Assembly (NCBI GenBank): GCA_016776725.1
Contig: JADHSV010000024.1
Span: 28,080-52,079, forward strand
Length of the DNA stretch: 24,000 nt
Source of the DNA: Rhodospirillales bacterium
GTDB taxonomy: Bacteria > Pseudomonadota > Alphaproteobacteria > Rhodospirillales > Shumkoniaceae
Direction of reading: 5' to 3'
A program made the translations under genes and the position numbers. Under the pieces are notes generated by a model. That model made no database searches. It was given only the letters and a program-made list of their open reading frames with translations, and was not told the DNA's origin. Positions within the stretch are counted from its first letter, which is position 1, and every line of letters starts with the position of its first letter. Positions 1 through 7,778 of the stretch are shown here, one piece after another.

Positions 1-1145
1 GAACGCTGCCCTTCTATCACAGCTTTACGGGCCGGGTTCCCGACGTGATCGTGGATCTGGCCGAAAAGCTGATCGGCCTGGCGCCGGTGCCCATGAGCAA
101 GGTGCTGTTTTGCAATTCTGGCTCCGAAGCCAATGACACGGCGCTGAAGCTGGTGCGGCTATTCAACAATCTTGTCGGCCGCCCGGAAAAGAAAAAGGTT
201 GTCGCGCGCAAGGGGGCCTATCACGGGGTCACCATGGGCGCAGGCAGCCTAACCGGGTTGGCCCACACCCACTCCGGATTTGATTTGCCGATCCCCGGCG
301 TTCTGCATACCACGCGGCCCGACTATTATCTGGAAAGCAATTCCGACGAAAGCGAGGAAGAGTTTGCCAGCCGCTGCGCCGACGACCTTGAAAACCTGAT
401 CCTGGATGAAGGCCCGGCTACCATTGCCGCATTTTTTGCCGAACCTTTGCTGGGCGCGGGCGGTGCGGTTCCGCCACCGGCAACCTATTTTGCCAACATC
501 CAGAACGTGCTCGCCAAGTACGACATCCTGCTGGTGGCCGACGAGGTGATTTGTGGCTTCGGGCGCACCGGAAACATGTGGGGCAGCCAGACCTTTGGCA
601 TAAAGCCCGACATCGTGACCAGCGCCAAGGCGCTATCGTCCGGGTACGCTCCCATTTCGGCAGTGATGATTTCCGAACCCATTGGCGAGGCGCTGGTGGG
701 GACCAGCGAAAAGTACGGTATTTTCGGCCACGGCTTCACCTATTCGGGGCATCCGCTGGGCGCGGCGGTGGCGCTCGAAACGCTCAGGATTTACGAGGAA
801 ATGGACGTGGTGGCGCGGGTGTGCGAAATCGCACCACGTTTTCAGGCGGCCTTGCGCTCATTCGCGCAAAGCCCCATTGTCGGCGATGCGCACGGGGTCG
901 GATTGGTCGGCGGCTTGCAACTGGTGGCCGACAAGGCAACCCGCGCGATGTTTGCCGCCAATGCGCGCGTGGGCGTTCATGTGATCGAACGTGCCCAGGC
1001 CCACGGCCTGATTACGCGCAATCTGGGCGACGTTATCGCCTTTGCGCCGCCGCTGATCATTCAAGAGGCGGAAATCGACGAGATGTTTGAAAAATTTGCG
1101 GAAGCCCTGCACGAAACGGAGATATGGGTGAGCCAAAACCAGTAG
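1..1145 (+). CDS. Class-III PLP-dependent aminotransferase (omega-transaminase family), 5'-truncated at window edge
   Basis: Frame 3 is open from base 3 (TLPFYHSFTGRVP precedes the listed ORF at 45). Motifs SGSEAND, DEVICGFGRTG and TSAKALSSGY (PLP-lysine context) are typical of class III aminotransferases. Stop TAG 1143-1145. Confidence 0.85.
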   Translation, partial: TLPFYHSFTGRVPDVIVDLAEKLIGLAPVPMSKVLFCNSGSEANDTALKLVRLFNNLVGRPEKKKVVARKGAYHGVTMGAGSLTGLAHTHSGFDLPIPGVLHTTRPDYYLESNSDESEEEFASRCADDLENLILDEGPATIAAFFAEPLLGAGGAVPPPATYFANIQNVLAKYDILLVADEVICGFGRTGNMWGSQTFGIKPDIVTSAKALSSGYAPISAVMISEPIGEALVGTSEKYGIFGHGFTYSGHPLGAAVALETLRIYEEMDVVARVCEIAPRFQAALRSFAQSPIVGDAHGVGLVGGLQLVADKATRAMFAANARVGVHVIERAQAHGLITRNLGDVIAFAPPLIIQEAEIDEMFEKFAEALHETEIWVSQNQ

Positions 1146-1154
1146 GAGACGACC

Positions 1155-1754
1155 ATGAGCAAAGTGATTGATTACTATTTCTCCATCACCTCTCCCTGGA
1201 CTTATCTGGGTGGCCAGCGCCTGATTGAAATCGCCAAACGCCACGGCGCGACAATTACATACAAGCCTATTGATCTGGGTGGGAAGGTCTTTCCCATTTC
1301 GGGCGGCCTGCCCCTTCCCAAACGCGCGCCGCAACGTCAGGCCTACCGGCTGGCGGAACTTGAAAGATGGCGCGATTTTTTGGGCATTCCGCTCAACATC
1401 AAGCCGAAGTTTTTCCCGGCCAAGGGCTGGCCGGCGGCGGGGCTGGTTACGGCGGCGCGCGAGCAGGGCCTTGATTGCGCCACCTTGACCAATGCCTTCC
1501 TGCGCGCCGTGTGGGCCGAGGAGCGCAACATCGACGATACCGACACGCTGGTGGCAATTGCCGGAGAATGCGGCATGGATGGCGCATCCCTTCTTGCTTC
1601 GGCCTACTCCGAGGCGGTCGTTTCGGTGTTCAACGCCGACACCCAGGAAGCCATCGATCGACAGGTATTCGGCGCCCCTACCTACATATACAAACGGCAC
1701 GTCTTCTGGGGTCAGGACCGGCTGGACTTTCTCGATCGGGCGCTGGCGGGGTAG
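1155..1754 (+). CDS. 2-hydroxychromene-2-carboxylate isomerase / DsbA-like thioredoxin-fold protein
   Basis: 199 aa. N-terminus IDYYFSITSPWTYLG and C-terminal GAPTYIY..FWGQDRLDFL match the HCCA-isomerase/DsbA-like family pattern. Starts 9 nt after the upstream stop, so probably co-transcribed. Confidence 0.75.
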   Translation: MSKVIDYYFSITSPWTYLGGQRLIEIAKRHGATITYKPIDLGGKVFPISGGLPLPKRAPQRQAYRLAELERWRDFLGIPLNIKPKFFPAKGWPAAGLVTAAREQGLDCATLTNAFLRAVWAEERNIDDTDTLVAIAGECGMDGASLLASAYSEAVVSVFNADTQEAIDRQVFGAPTYIYKRHVFWGQDRLDFLDRALAG

Positions 1755-1788
1755 GGTGTGTGGTATTTGCCCCATGTCTGAAATCGGA

Positions 1789-1813
1789 CAAAAAAATGGC
1801 CGCCGAAGCGGCC
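1789..1813 (-). terminator. Rho-independent terminator (minus strand)
   Basis: On the minus strand: 7-bp GC stem TGGCCGC / GCGGCCA (1813-1807 / 1802-1796) closing a UUCG tetraloop, followed directly by T7 (1795-1789). On the plus strand there is no T-run after the hairpin, so it is minus-specific. Confidence 0.75.
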
Positions 1814-2001
1814 AGAGTCTGCTCTTGAGGGAAGATCGGATAGGGGGTAACAGGGAGTTAGAGAATGAAAACCTTTCAATGCTCCATTGCGGCACCGCCG
1901 CAAATTTCGTTGACCTCGGGAAGGTTTCCTTCACCTTCCAAATTCGATCTAACTATCGAACCGTCAATAAGGTTAGGATGCCTTAATTGGAATCATTTGC
2001 A

Positions 2002-2017
2002 TGTGATACAAATCACA
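2002..2017. promoter_or_regulatory. Perfect CRP-type palindrome TGTGA-N6-TCACA
   Basis: TGTGATACAAATCACA read directly at 2002-2017. Both half-sites match the classical CRP consensus. It lies about 100 bp downstream of the stop of a Crp-family gene whose recognition helix is RETVARVL. Confidence 0.6.
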
Positions 2018-2025
2018 CCCCCCCC

Positions 2026-2059
2026 AAAAAAAACTGGGCGCTTTCAAAAAAAAGCGCCC
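2026..2059 (-). terminator. Rho-independent terminator of the crp-like gene (minus strand)
   Basis: 9-bp stem GGGCGCTTT (2036-2044) / AAAGCGCCC (2051-2059). On the minus strand the hairpin is followed by AG plus T8 (2033-2026). About 60 nt downstream of the TAA stop at 2118-2120. Confidence 0.8.
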
Positions 2060-2117
2060 GCATGCCTCTAGTTCGTTGAAAATAAACAATTAAAAAAATA
2101 AGAAAAATTCGGTTTTT

Positions 2118-2837
2118 TTAGATACCGCGCACCTCGTCGACCATTTCCTCCAGTTTTTCAACGTCCGTGACCACCAATGCGTCCTTGGTTCGCCGCAAAA
2201 GGTCTCTTTTGGAGAGATCGCTGAGCACCCGGGCCACCGTTTCGCGGGTCGTGCTGACCCGGCTGGCGATATCGGAATGTACGGGAATGGGTTTAATGAC
2301 AGCGGAATTGTCGGGACTTTCGGTTTCACGGGCCTGGCGAAGGATTTCGGCCTGAACCCGGTTATTGGCGGCCAAGGTGCTGAGATCCATGATGCGTTCG
2401 GTCGAGGCGCGCACCATTCGGGTCAGTCGTCCCATCACTTTTTCGGCCACCGACGGGTGCTTCCTCATGACGTCCATGAAGGCGCGATGAGGCAGGGCGA
2501 CAATGAGGCTGTCGTCGATGGCCAGCACCGCAGCCGAGCGCGGCTGGCCGTCTATGGCGGCCAGTTCGCCGAAGTGCCCGCCCTCGCGGATGTCGTCCAG
2601 CGTAATTTCCCGCCCCGACAACGAATAATTGACGATGCGCACACGCCCCCGGACCACGAAGAAGATGTCGCGGGTGTCCGCCTGACGGTCAAAAACCTGG
2701 GTTCCCGCGCGGAAGGTTTTGTAACGACAAATGTCTTCGACCTCCCGCAGATCCTCTGGCGAAAGATCCTTGAGAAGGTTCGTGCTGCCCAGCAACCTGG
2801 GGCCTGTTTCCGTGCCCTCGGTCCGCTTTTCCGCCAA
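2118..2837 (-). CDS. Crp/Fnr-family transcriptional regulator (cNMP-binding domain plus C-terminal HTH), CRP-like
   Basis: 239 aa. Phosphate-binding-cassette-like FGELAAIDGQPRSAAV (GE..RSA as in E. coli CRP). HTH recognition helix TRETVARVLSDL parallels CRP SRETVGRILKML. No N-terminal Cys cluster, so not FNR-type. Confidence 0.9.
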   Translation of the reverse strand: MAEKRTEGTETGPRLLGSTNLLKDLSPEDLREVEDICRYKTFRAGTQVFDRQADTRDIFFVVRGRVRIVNYSLSGREITLDDIREGGHFGELAAIDGQPRSAAVLAIDDSLIVALPHRAFMDVMRKHPSVAEKVMGRLTRMVRASTERIMDLSTLAANNRVQAEILRQARETESPDNSAVIKPIPVHSDIASRVSTTRETVARVLSDLSKRDLLRRTKDALVVTDVEKLEEMVDEVRGI

Positions 2838-2874
2838 CGTTCACCCCATTCGGCCCGTCGTGGACCGTTCCCCT

Positions 2875-2890
2875 GCGCCCGATCGGGCGC
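2875..2890. repeat. Perfect 16-bp palindrome GCGCCCGATCGGGCGC in the crp-like / GT2 divergent region
   Basis: Read directly. Lies 38 nt upstream of the crp-like ATG (2837). Could be an operator or a 5'-UTR hairpin. Confidence 0.5.
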
Positions 2891-3075
2891 AATCCATACA
2901 AGAACTCCCCGTATATGTGGGAGCCTCCGGGCGAGTATGTCATCCCTTTACAAAAAAGGGGATAGTAAAAAATGCTCTCTTAATTCAGCGGCTTGCGCGG
3001 TCTGGGCGGCAAGACTATGGTTTTGCAAGGGGTAGCCACGAATTGCGGGTGATCGAACTAGAAAAGGGACGAGGT

Positions 3076-4053
3076 GTGCCGAAACGCGAAAAAGACATTG
3101 TGGAACCGTGCATTGCGGTTGTTATCCCGTGTTATCGCGAATCCACGCGCGTGTTGGGCGTGATCGGCGGTGTCGGTGACGAAGTTCGTCACATCATTGT
3201 TATTGACGACGCTTGCCCTGATGGCACGGGCGAGGCGGTGCGGACCAAATGCAGCGATCCGCGCGTCGAGGTTATCACGCACAAGACCAACACCGGCGTT
3301 GGGGGCTCGACGCTGACCGGCTATGCCCGCGCCCTTGAAATCGGCGCCGACATCATCGTCAAGGTGGACGGCGACGGCCAGATGGACCCGGCGTTGATTC
3401 CGCGCCTGATCGCGCCGATCACTGATGGAAACGCCGATTACGTCAAGGGCAATCGGTTTTTGCATCCGGACGGCCCCAAACAGATGCCCACGGTTCGCGT
3501 TATCGGCAATCTGGGCCTGTCGTTCCTGTCCAAGGTGTCAACGGGCTATTGGGATATTTTCGATCCCACCAATGGTTTTACGGCCATTCACGCCAAGGTG
3601 GCCGCGCGCCTGCCGGTCCAAAAAATCAGCCGGGGCTATTTCTTCGAGACGGATATGCTGTTCAGGTTGAACATCATGCGCGCGGTGGTCGCGGATTTGC
3701 CCATGGCCGCCCGGTATGCCGACGAGCAAAGCGGCATTCGCATCGGCCGCGCCATCTTTGAATTCGCGGGCAAGAATTTCCTGAACGCCATCAAGCGTAT
3801 TTTCGTATCTTATTTCGTGCGCGATTTTTCGGTGGTTTCCCTGCAACTGGTTTTGGGAAAGCTGCTGTTTTTGTTCGGCGTTGTCTTCGGTGGGCTGGAA
3901 TGGCGCAAAAGCGTCACCAGCGGGGTTCCGGCCACGGCGGGAACAGTTATTCTTGCCGCACTGCCCATTATTGTGGGCGTTCAGATGGGGGTGGCGTTTC
4001 TTAACTACGATATCCGCAACGTCCCCAAAAAGCCCATTCACCTGATTTTGTAG
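3076..4053 (+). CDS. Family-2 glycosyltransferase, polyprenyl-phosphate glycosyltransferase-like (GtrB/ArnC architecture) with C-terminal TM helices
   Basis: IAVVIPCYRE, IIVIDDACPDGTG and VDGDGQ (DxD) motifs. Two hydrophobic C-terminal segments (VVSLQLVLGKLLFLFGVVFGGL, TVILAALPIIVGVQMGVAFL). The listed ATG at 2731 overlaps the crp-like gene. GTG at 3076 is preceded by AAGGGACGAGG and leaves a normal short N-terminus, but the start is uncertain (TTG 3043 and GTG 3049 are alternatives). Confidence 0.8.
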   Translation: MPKREKDIVEPCIAVVIPCYRESTRVLGVIGGVGDEVRHIIVIDDACPDGTGEAVRTKCSDPRVEVITHKTNTGVGGSTLTGYARALEIGADIIVKVDGDGQMDPALIPRLIAPITDGNADYVKGNRFLHPDGPKQMPTVRVIGNLGLSFLSKVSTGYWDIFDPTNGFTAIHAKVAARLPVQKISRGYFFETDMLFRLNIMRAVVADLPMAARYADEQSGIRIGRAIFEFAGKNFLNAIKRIFVSYFVRDFSVVSLQLVLGKLLFLFGVVFGGLEWRKSVTSGVPATAGTVILAALPIIVGVQMGVAFLNYDIRNVPKKPIHLIL

Positions 4054-4054
4054 G

Positions 4055-5614
4055 TTACGCAGTTACGAACACGCCGCCCCGGCGCGAATCGCCCACGCCG
4101 TCGAAATCGCCGCTGCGCGGATCAAACCGCACACAATGCGCGCCGCCGAAAAAGAAGTTGATCTCGTCCCAGCGTTCAACGCGCGGGCACACGGTTTCGA
4201 GAGCCTGCATCGCCTTAGCCGAAAAGCCCGCCTCGACGCTGGCCAGATCGCCTTCCACATGAAGGCGCGGGGCGGTTACGGCCCTTTCCGGGTCCATGCC
4301 GAAGGCCAACTGGTTGACCATCACCTGAAGCATAGCCGTGCGAATGCGGTTCGAACCACCCGAACCCATGACCTGCGCCCAGCCGTCCCGGTGCCGAACA
4401 ATGCTGGGCGCCATCATGGAACTGAGCCGCACATCGCTCGGCCAGTGATGGAAACCCTGCGGGTTGATGTCTTCCTCTCCCAGCATATTGTTCATCATGA
4501 CGCCCGTTCCCGGGATGATGTAGGCCGCCCCTTCACCGTTGGTCACGGTGACCCCGGCGGCGTTGCCGGCGGCGTCGATGACGCTGATGTGGGTGGTCCC
4601 GCGCGTTGCCGCCGGGTGACCAAAAACGTCCCGGCGGTAGGCGTCTATCAACTCGGGGTTCAGAAATTCAACCGCCGCCGTTTCCGCAGCCATTTTGTGA
4701 AGCTTGTTTTCGACGCGCGCCGTCTGGGTGGCGGCCATAACGCGCGCCAGGTGTTCAATGTGACCGGGCGAGCCGAATTCCAAGCCATCGAATGCGCCGT
4801 TCCTTAGTAGCTCCAGCCCGAAGGCGATCAACAACCCCCCCACCGACGGCGGCGGATTGGCGTAGATGGTGGCGCCGGAGAAGTCCGTTTCAAGCGGCCG
4901 GCGGCGTTCGACCCGGTAGGCTTGCAGATCGGCTGCTTCCAGCAAACCGCCGCGCGTGCGGCTGTCGGCGACGAGGGCGGCGGCGATGTCGCCCCGATAG
5001 AACACATCGTCGCCTTCACGGGCCAGGGCATCGAAAGTATCGGCCATTTCGGGAAACGCCAGGTTTTCCCCCGCCCGCACCGTTTTTTCCGGATTTTGGG
5101 CGCTGCCATAGGCGCGCAGACAATCGGCGTTATGGGTATAGATGACTTCTACGACGCCGAATACATAGGCCTGAAGGGCGTTGACCTTAACACCGTTGCG
5201 GGCCAAAGCACACGCCGATTCGACAATGCGATCCAAAGGCATGGACCCCAGGTCTTTCTGGATTTTACTGATCCCGCGCGCCATTCCGGGCGTCGCCATG
5301 GACCCCATGCCGATGTGGAATTCCTGCTGGGCCGGGCCGAAATCCGCCGTAATGGGAAAAAAGTCGATGTCCGCCGCGGGGCGCGAATTCTTTGGTGTCT
5401 GCGGGAAAAAGTCGTACAGGGTTGGCGCTTCACCCGCCCGCTGGGCCATCATAAATCCGCCACCGCCAAGGGATGCCAGCACCGGCTCGGCGACGCAGGC
5501 TACGCACATGGCCGCTAGCGCGGCGTCGAAGGCGTTACCCCCGTCCCGCAAAACGGCCGCCGCGGCCCCGGCTGTTTCCGGGTGCCCGGCGGCAACTGCA
5601 CCGGCACGAACCAT
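4055..5614 (-). CDS. ggt: Gamma-glutamyltransferase family protein (no signal peptide, cytosolic-type)
   Basis: AAGHPETAGAAAAVLRDGGNAFDAALA N-terminus and the autoprocessing/nucleophile context ATRGTTHISVID are typical of GGT. ATG at 5614 chosen (519 aa). The ORF-track start at 5737 is a TTG that would add 41 non-conserved-looking residues and overlap the divergent gene. Confidence 0.85.
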   Translation of the reverse strand: MVRAGAVAAGHPETAGAAAAVLRDGGNAFDAALAAMCVACVAEPVLASLGGGGFMMAQRAGEAPTLYDFFPQTPKNSRPAADIDFFPITADFGPAQQEFHIGMGSMATPGMARGISKIQKDLGSMPLDRIVESACALARNGVKVNALQAYVFGVVEVIYTHNADCLRAYGSAQNPEKTVRAGENLAFPEMADTFDALAREGDDVFYRGDIAAALVADSRTRGGLLEAADLQAYRVERRRPLETDFSGATIYANPPPSVGGLLIAFGLELLRNGAFDGLEFGSPGHIEHLARVMAATQTARVENKLHKMAAETAAVEFLNPELIDAYRRDVFGHPAATRGTTHISVIDAAGNAAGVTVTNGEGAAYIIPGTGVMMNNMLGEEDINPQGFHHWPSDVRLSSMMAPSIVRHRDGWAQVMGSGGSNRIRTAMLQVMVNQLAFGMDPERAVTAPRLHVEGDLASVEAGFSAKAMQALETVCPRVERWDEINFFFGGAHCVRFDPRSGDFDGVGDSRRGGVFVTA

Positions 5615-5727
5615 GCCCTTTTTTATACGGATTTTTCCCCCCTTGTCATGCGTTGTGGTCACCGGGCGGTCACTGGTCGGTCGGTTTGGCTTTGCGATTT
5701 GGCCGCGAAGACCATATTTTCCAGAGT

Positions 5728-6978
5728 ATGAAAGCAAGTTTAGTCCCCCTCCTTGGCCTTCTTTGCGCCTGTGCCGCGACGGTTCCCGACGCAGGGAAAA
5801 ACACTTCAGCGGAGGCCTGTATGAATATCGGCACGTGGATCGCGCCTTCCACCGGCGAGGCTCTTGATGCGGGCGACTGGATCAACGATCTGGCCGCGCG
5901 ACCGGTCGTTCTTCTGGGCGAGACCCACACCAGTCCTGATGATCATCGCTGGCAGATGCAGGTGTTGGCCGCCGTACATAGCCGTGCGCCCAATCTGTCC
6001 ATCGGTTTCGAGGCCTTCCCCCGGCGGGTCCAGCCCGTGCTGGATCGCTGGGTCGCCGGTGAATTGAGCAAACGACGTTTTCTGGCCGAAGTCGGTTGGG
6101 GCGATGTTTGGGGGTTTGAGCCCGCGCTGTATATGCCGCTGTTCGATTTTGCCCGCATGAACAGCGTTCCCATGATCGCCCTGAATGTGGACCGCGCGCT
6201 GGTATCCCGGGTTGGCCGTGAGGGCTGGGACGCGGTGCCAAGGGACGAACGCGAGGGCGTGGGTGATCCGGCCCCACCGAACCCGGCCTATGTGGTCTCG
6301 CTGGGGCGTGTCTACGCCCAACACAAAAAGAAGGAGGACGCGCCGCCACAGGACGAAGATCCGGCGTTCGCCCGGTTCGTGCAGGCCCAACTGACCTGGG
6401 ACCGGGCTATGGCCGAGGCCATTGCGGCGGCGCGCAAGAAGCACGCAGCCGGTCCCCTCGTCGGCATTATCGGGCGGGGCCATTTGGAATACGGATACGG
6501 CGTCCCGCATCAGCTTTCCGATCTGGGGATCGATGATGCAGCGGTGGCTGTCACCTGGACCGACGAACGCGATTGCGCCGAAATGCTTGCAGATGGCGGC
6601 GTGCCGGTGGCCGATGTGGTTTTTGGTGTTCGCGCCGAGGCGGACGAAGAGGTCAAACCCAGGGGGCCGCTTCTGGGGGTTCTTATCTCGGAAGCGGAGG
6701 GTGGCGTTCGCATCGACGGGGTTTCGGAGAACAGCGTTGCCACCGCGTCGGGCCTCGAAAAGGGCGACGTGGTAACCCATGCGGCAGGGCGGGCAGTGGA
6801 AAAATCCGCGGATTTTGCTGCCATTATTCGTTCTCAACCCTACGGCACATGGTTGCCGTTGCAGGTGCTTCGTGCGGGCAAACGGATTGAAGTCGTGGCC
6901 AAATTTCCGGCTCGCCCCCATCCGCCCATGAAGGGACCGTCCCCCCACAAACGAAAATCCACCAAAAAAGCGGAGTAA
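5728..6978 (+). CDS. ChaN-family (haem-binding-uptake/Tiki-like) exported protein with C-terminal PDZ domain
   Basis: ATG 5728 gives MKASLVPLLGLLCACAATVP (signal peptide, possible lipobox LCAC). RPVVLLGETHTSPDDHRWQ and IIGRGHLEYGYGVP resemble the ChaN/Cofac_haem_bdg domain. The C-terminal GVLISEAEGGVRIDGVSENSVATASGLEKGDVV..AAG is PDZ-like. Confidence 0.7.
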   Translation: MKASLVPLLGLLCACAATVPDAGKNTSAEACMNIGTWIAPSTGEALDAGDWINDLAARPVVLLGETHTSPDDHRWQMQVLAAVHSRAPNLSIGFEAFPRRVQPVLDRWVAGELSKRRFLAEVGWGDVWGFEPALYMPLFDFARMNSVPMIALNVDRALVSRVGREGWDAVPRDEREGVGDPAPPNPAYVVSLGRVYAQHKKKEDAPPQDEDPAFARFVQAQLTWDRAMAEAIAAARKKHAAGPLVGIIGRGHLEYGYGVPHQLSDLGIDDAAVAVTWTDERDCAEMLADGGVPVADVVFGVRAEADEEVKPRGPLLGVLISEAEGGVRIDGVSENSVATASGLEKGDVVTHAAGRAVEKSADFAAIIRSQPYGTWLPLQVLRAGKRIEVVAKFPARPHPPMKGPSPHKRKSTKKAE

Positions 6979-7107
6979 GGAGGTGTTTTTGCCCGGAAAA
7001 CGATGGCTTTATTGACAGGAACGGGCCGAACACCCATCCTTGTAGGTGTGAGGTTTTTTTGGAGTGTGCCGTTGGGGCCGGTCAGGTTTACGCCAGGGAG
7101 AATTCCA

Positions 7108-7713
7108 ATGAGGTTTTTGCTGCTGCTGTTCGGACTTCTTGGCTTTGCCGTGACTCCCGCCGCAGCCCAAAGCTATGGCGAGGGTCTATTCAATTCAGTC
7201 TCCTACAAACCCATTTCTGCCGGCGTATCCCTGAAAGTTCGGCCGCTGGATAATTCCAACGACAATTTGGTTCTGCAAGAGGAATTCGAGCGCGCGCTTG
7301 CGGAGCGCGGGTTCGTAGTCAGCGGCGACGCCAAGTACGTCCTTTCGTTTGAAACCAGCGACGTGGTCGGCGCCTATACCGAACGCGACACGCGCCATGT
7401 GGTGGAACTGTCGGGAAGCGGCGGTCGTGGCGGTGGCGAGGATATGCGCGCGCGGGTCAACATGTTTGACAGCTCAGCGGGTGGTTTGTTTAACGCAGGC
7501 AAGGGAACGGGGGACACCTCGATCGTCACCCCGACGCAGTACCGCATGGACGCCACCATTGACGACAAAGAATCGGGTCGGCGTCTTTGGCAGGCATGGG
7601 CCGTGGCCGACCTTGAGCAGTCGGACGGGCTTACGCTGACCCTGGCCATGGTTCCGGTGGTCGCCGGTGCCGTGGGTGAAACGGTCAAGCAAAAAACGTT
7701 TTCAGTTCGCTGA
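7108..7713 (+). CDS. Hypothetical secreted protein
   Basis: ATG 7108 is preceded by AGGGAG (7095-7100). MRFLLLLFGLLGFAVTPAAAQS is a clear Sec signal with an AAA-Q cleavage context. Gly-rich central segment. I recognise no family. Confidence 0.6.
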   Translation: MRFLLLLFGLLGFAVTPAAAQSYGEGLFNSVSYKPISAGVSLKVRPLDNSNDNLVLQEEFERALAERGFVVSGDAKYVLSFETSDVVGAYTERDTRHVVELSGSGGRGGGEDMRARVNMFDSSAGGLFNAGKGTGDTSIVTPTQYRMDATIDDKESGRRLWQAWAVADLEQSDGLTLTLAMVPVVAGAVGETVKQKTFSVR

Positions 7714-7740
7714 ACCGGCGGCGCGGTTCATTTCCGTTTG
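7711..7740 (+). terminator. Candidate intrinsic terminator overlapping the stop codon
   Basis: Stem TGAACCG (7711-7717) / CGGTTCA (7724-7730), 6-nt loop, followed by TTTCCGTTTG. Confidence 0.5.
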
Positions 7741-7778
7741 CCGTGGCCGGTGATTCCGGGTAAATGATCTGCGCGCGT

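Noticed and set aside
1865-2071. 68-aa plus-strand ORF with a GGGAG SD-like sequence 8 nt upstream
   Set aside because: It runs through the CRP palindrome, the C8A8 homopolymers and the terminator hairpin. It lies in an AT-rich non-coding-looking stretch and has Pro/Ser-rich sequence with no family resemblance. The region is better explained as regulatory or ncRNA.
2731-3075. ATG 2731 as the glycosyltransferase start (440-aa version)
   Set aside because: It would overlap the crp-like coding region by about 100 bp on the opposite strand and add about 115 residues of Arg/Ser/Pro-rich sequence with no GT2 homology. An internal GTG with a good SD sits just before the conserved domain.
4348-4357. 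GGTTCGAACC, reminiscent of a tRNA T-arm
   Set aside because: It lies inside the well-supported GGT coding sequence, with no flanking acceptor, anticodon or D-arm structure.
5615-5737. TTG 5737 start for the GGT gene, preceded by AAGGAGG (complement of 5748-5754)
   Set aside because: The SD-like sequence lies inside the signal-peptide codons of the divergent ChaN-PDZ gene, and the added 41 residues are basic and non-conserved-looking. The conserved GGT N-terminus begins at the ATG at 5614. Not fully excluded.
7022-7050. TTGACA at 7022-7027 as a -35 for the secreted hypothetical gene
   Set aside because: No acceptable -10 hexamer at 16-18 bp spacing (CATCCT/ATCCTT), so it was not reported as a promoter.
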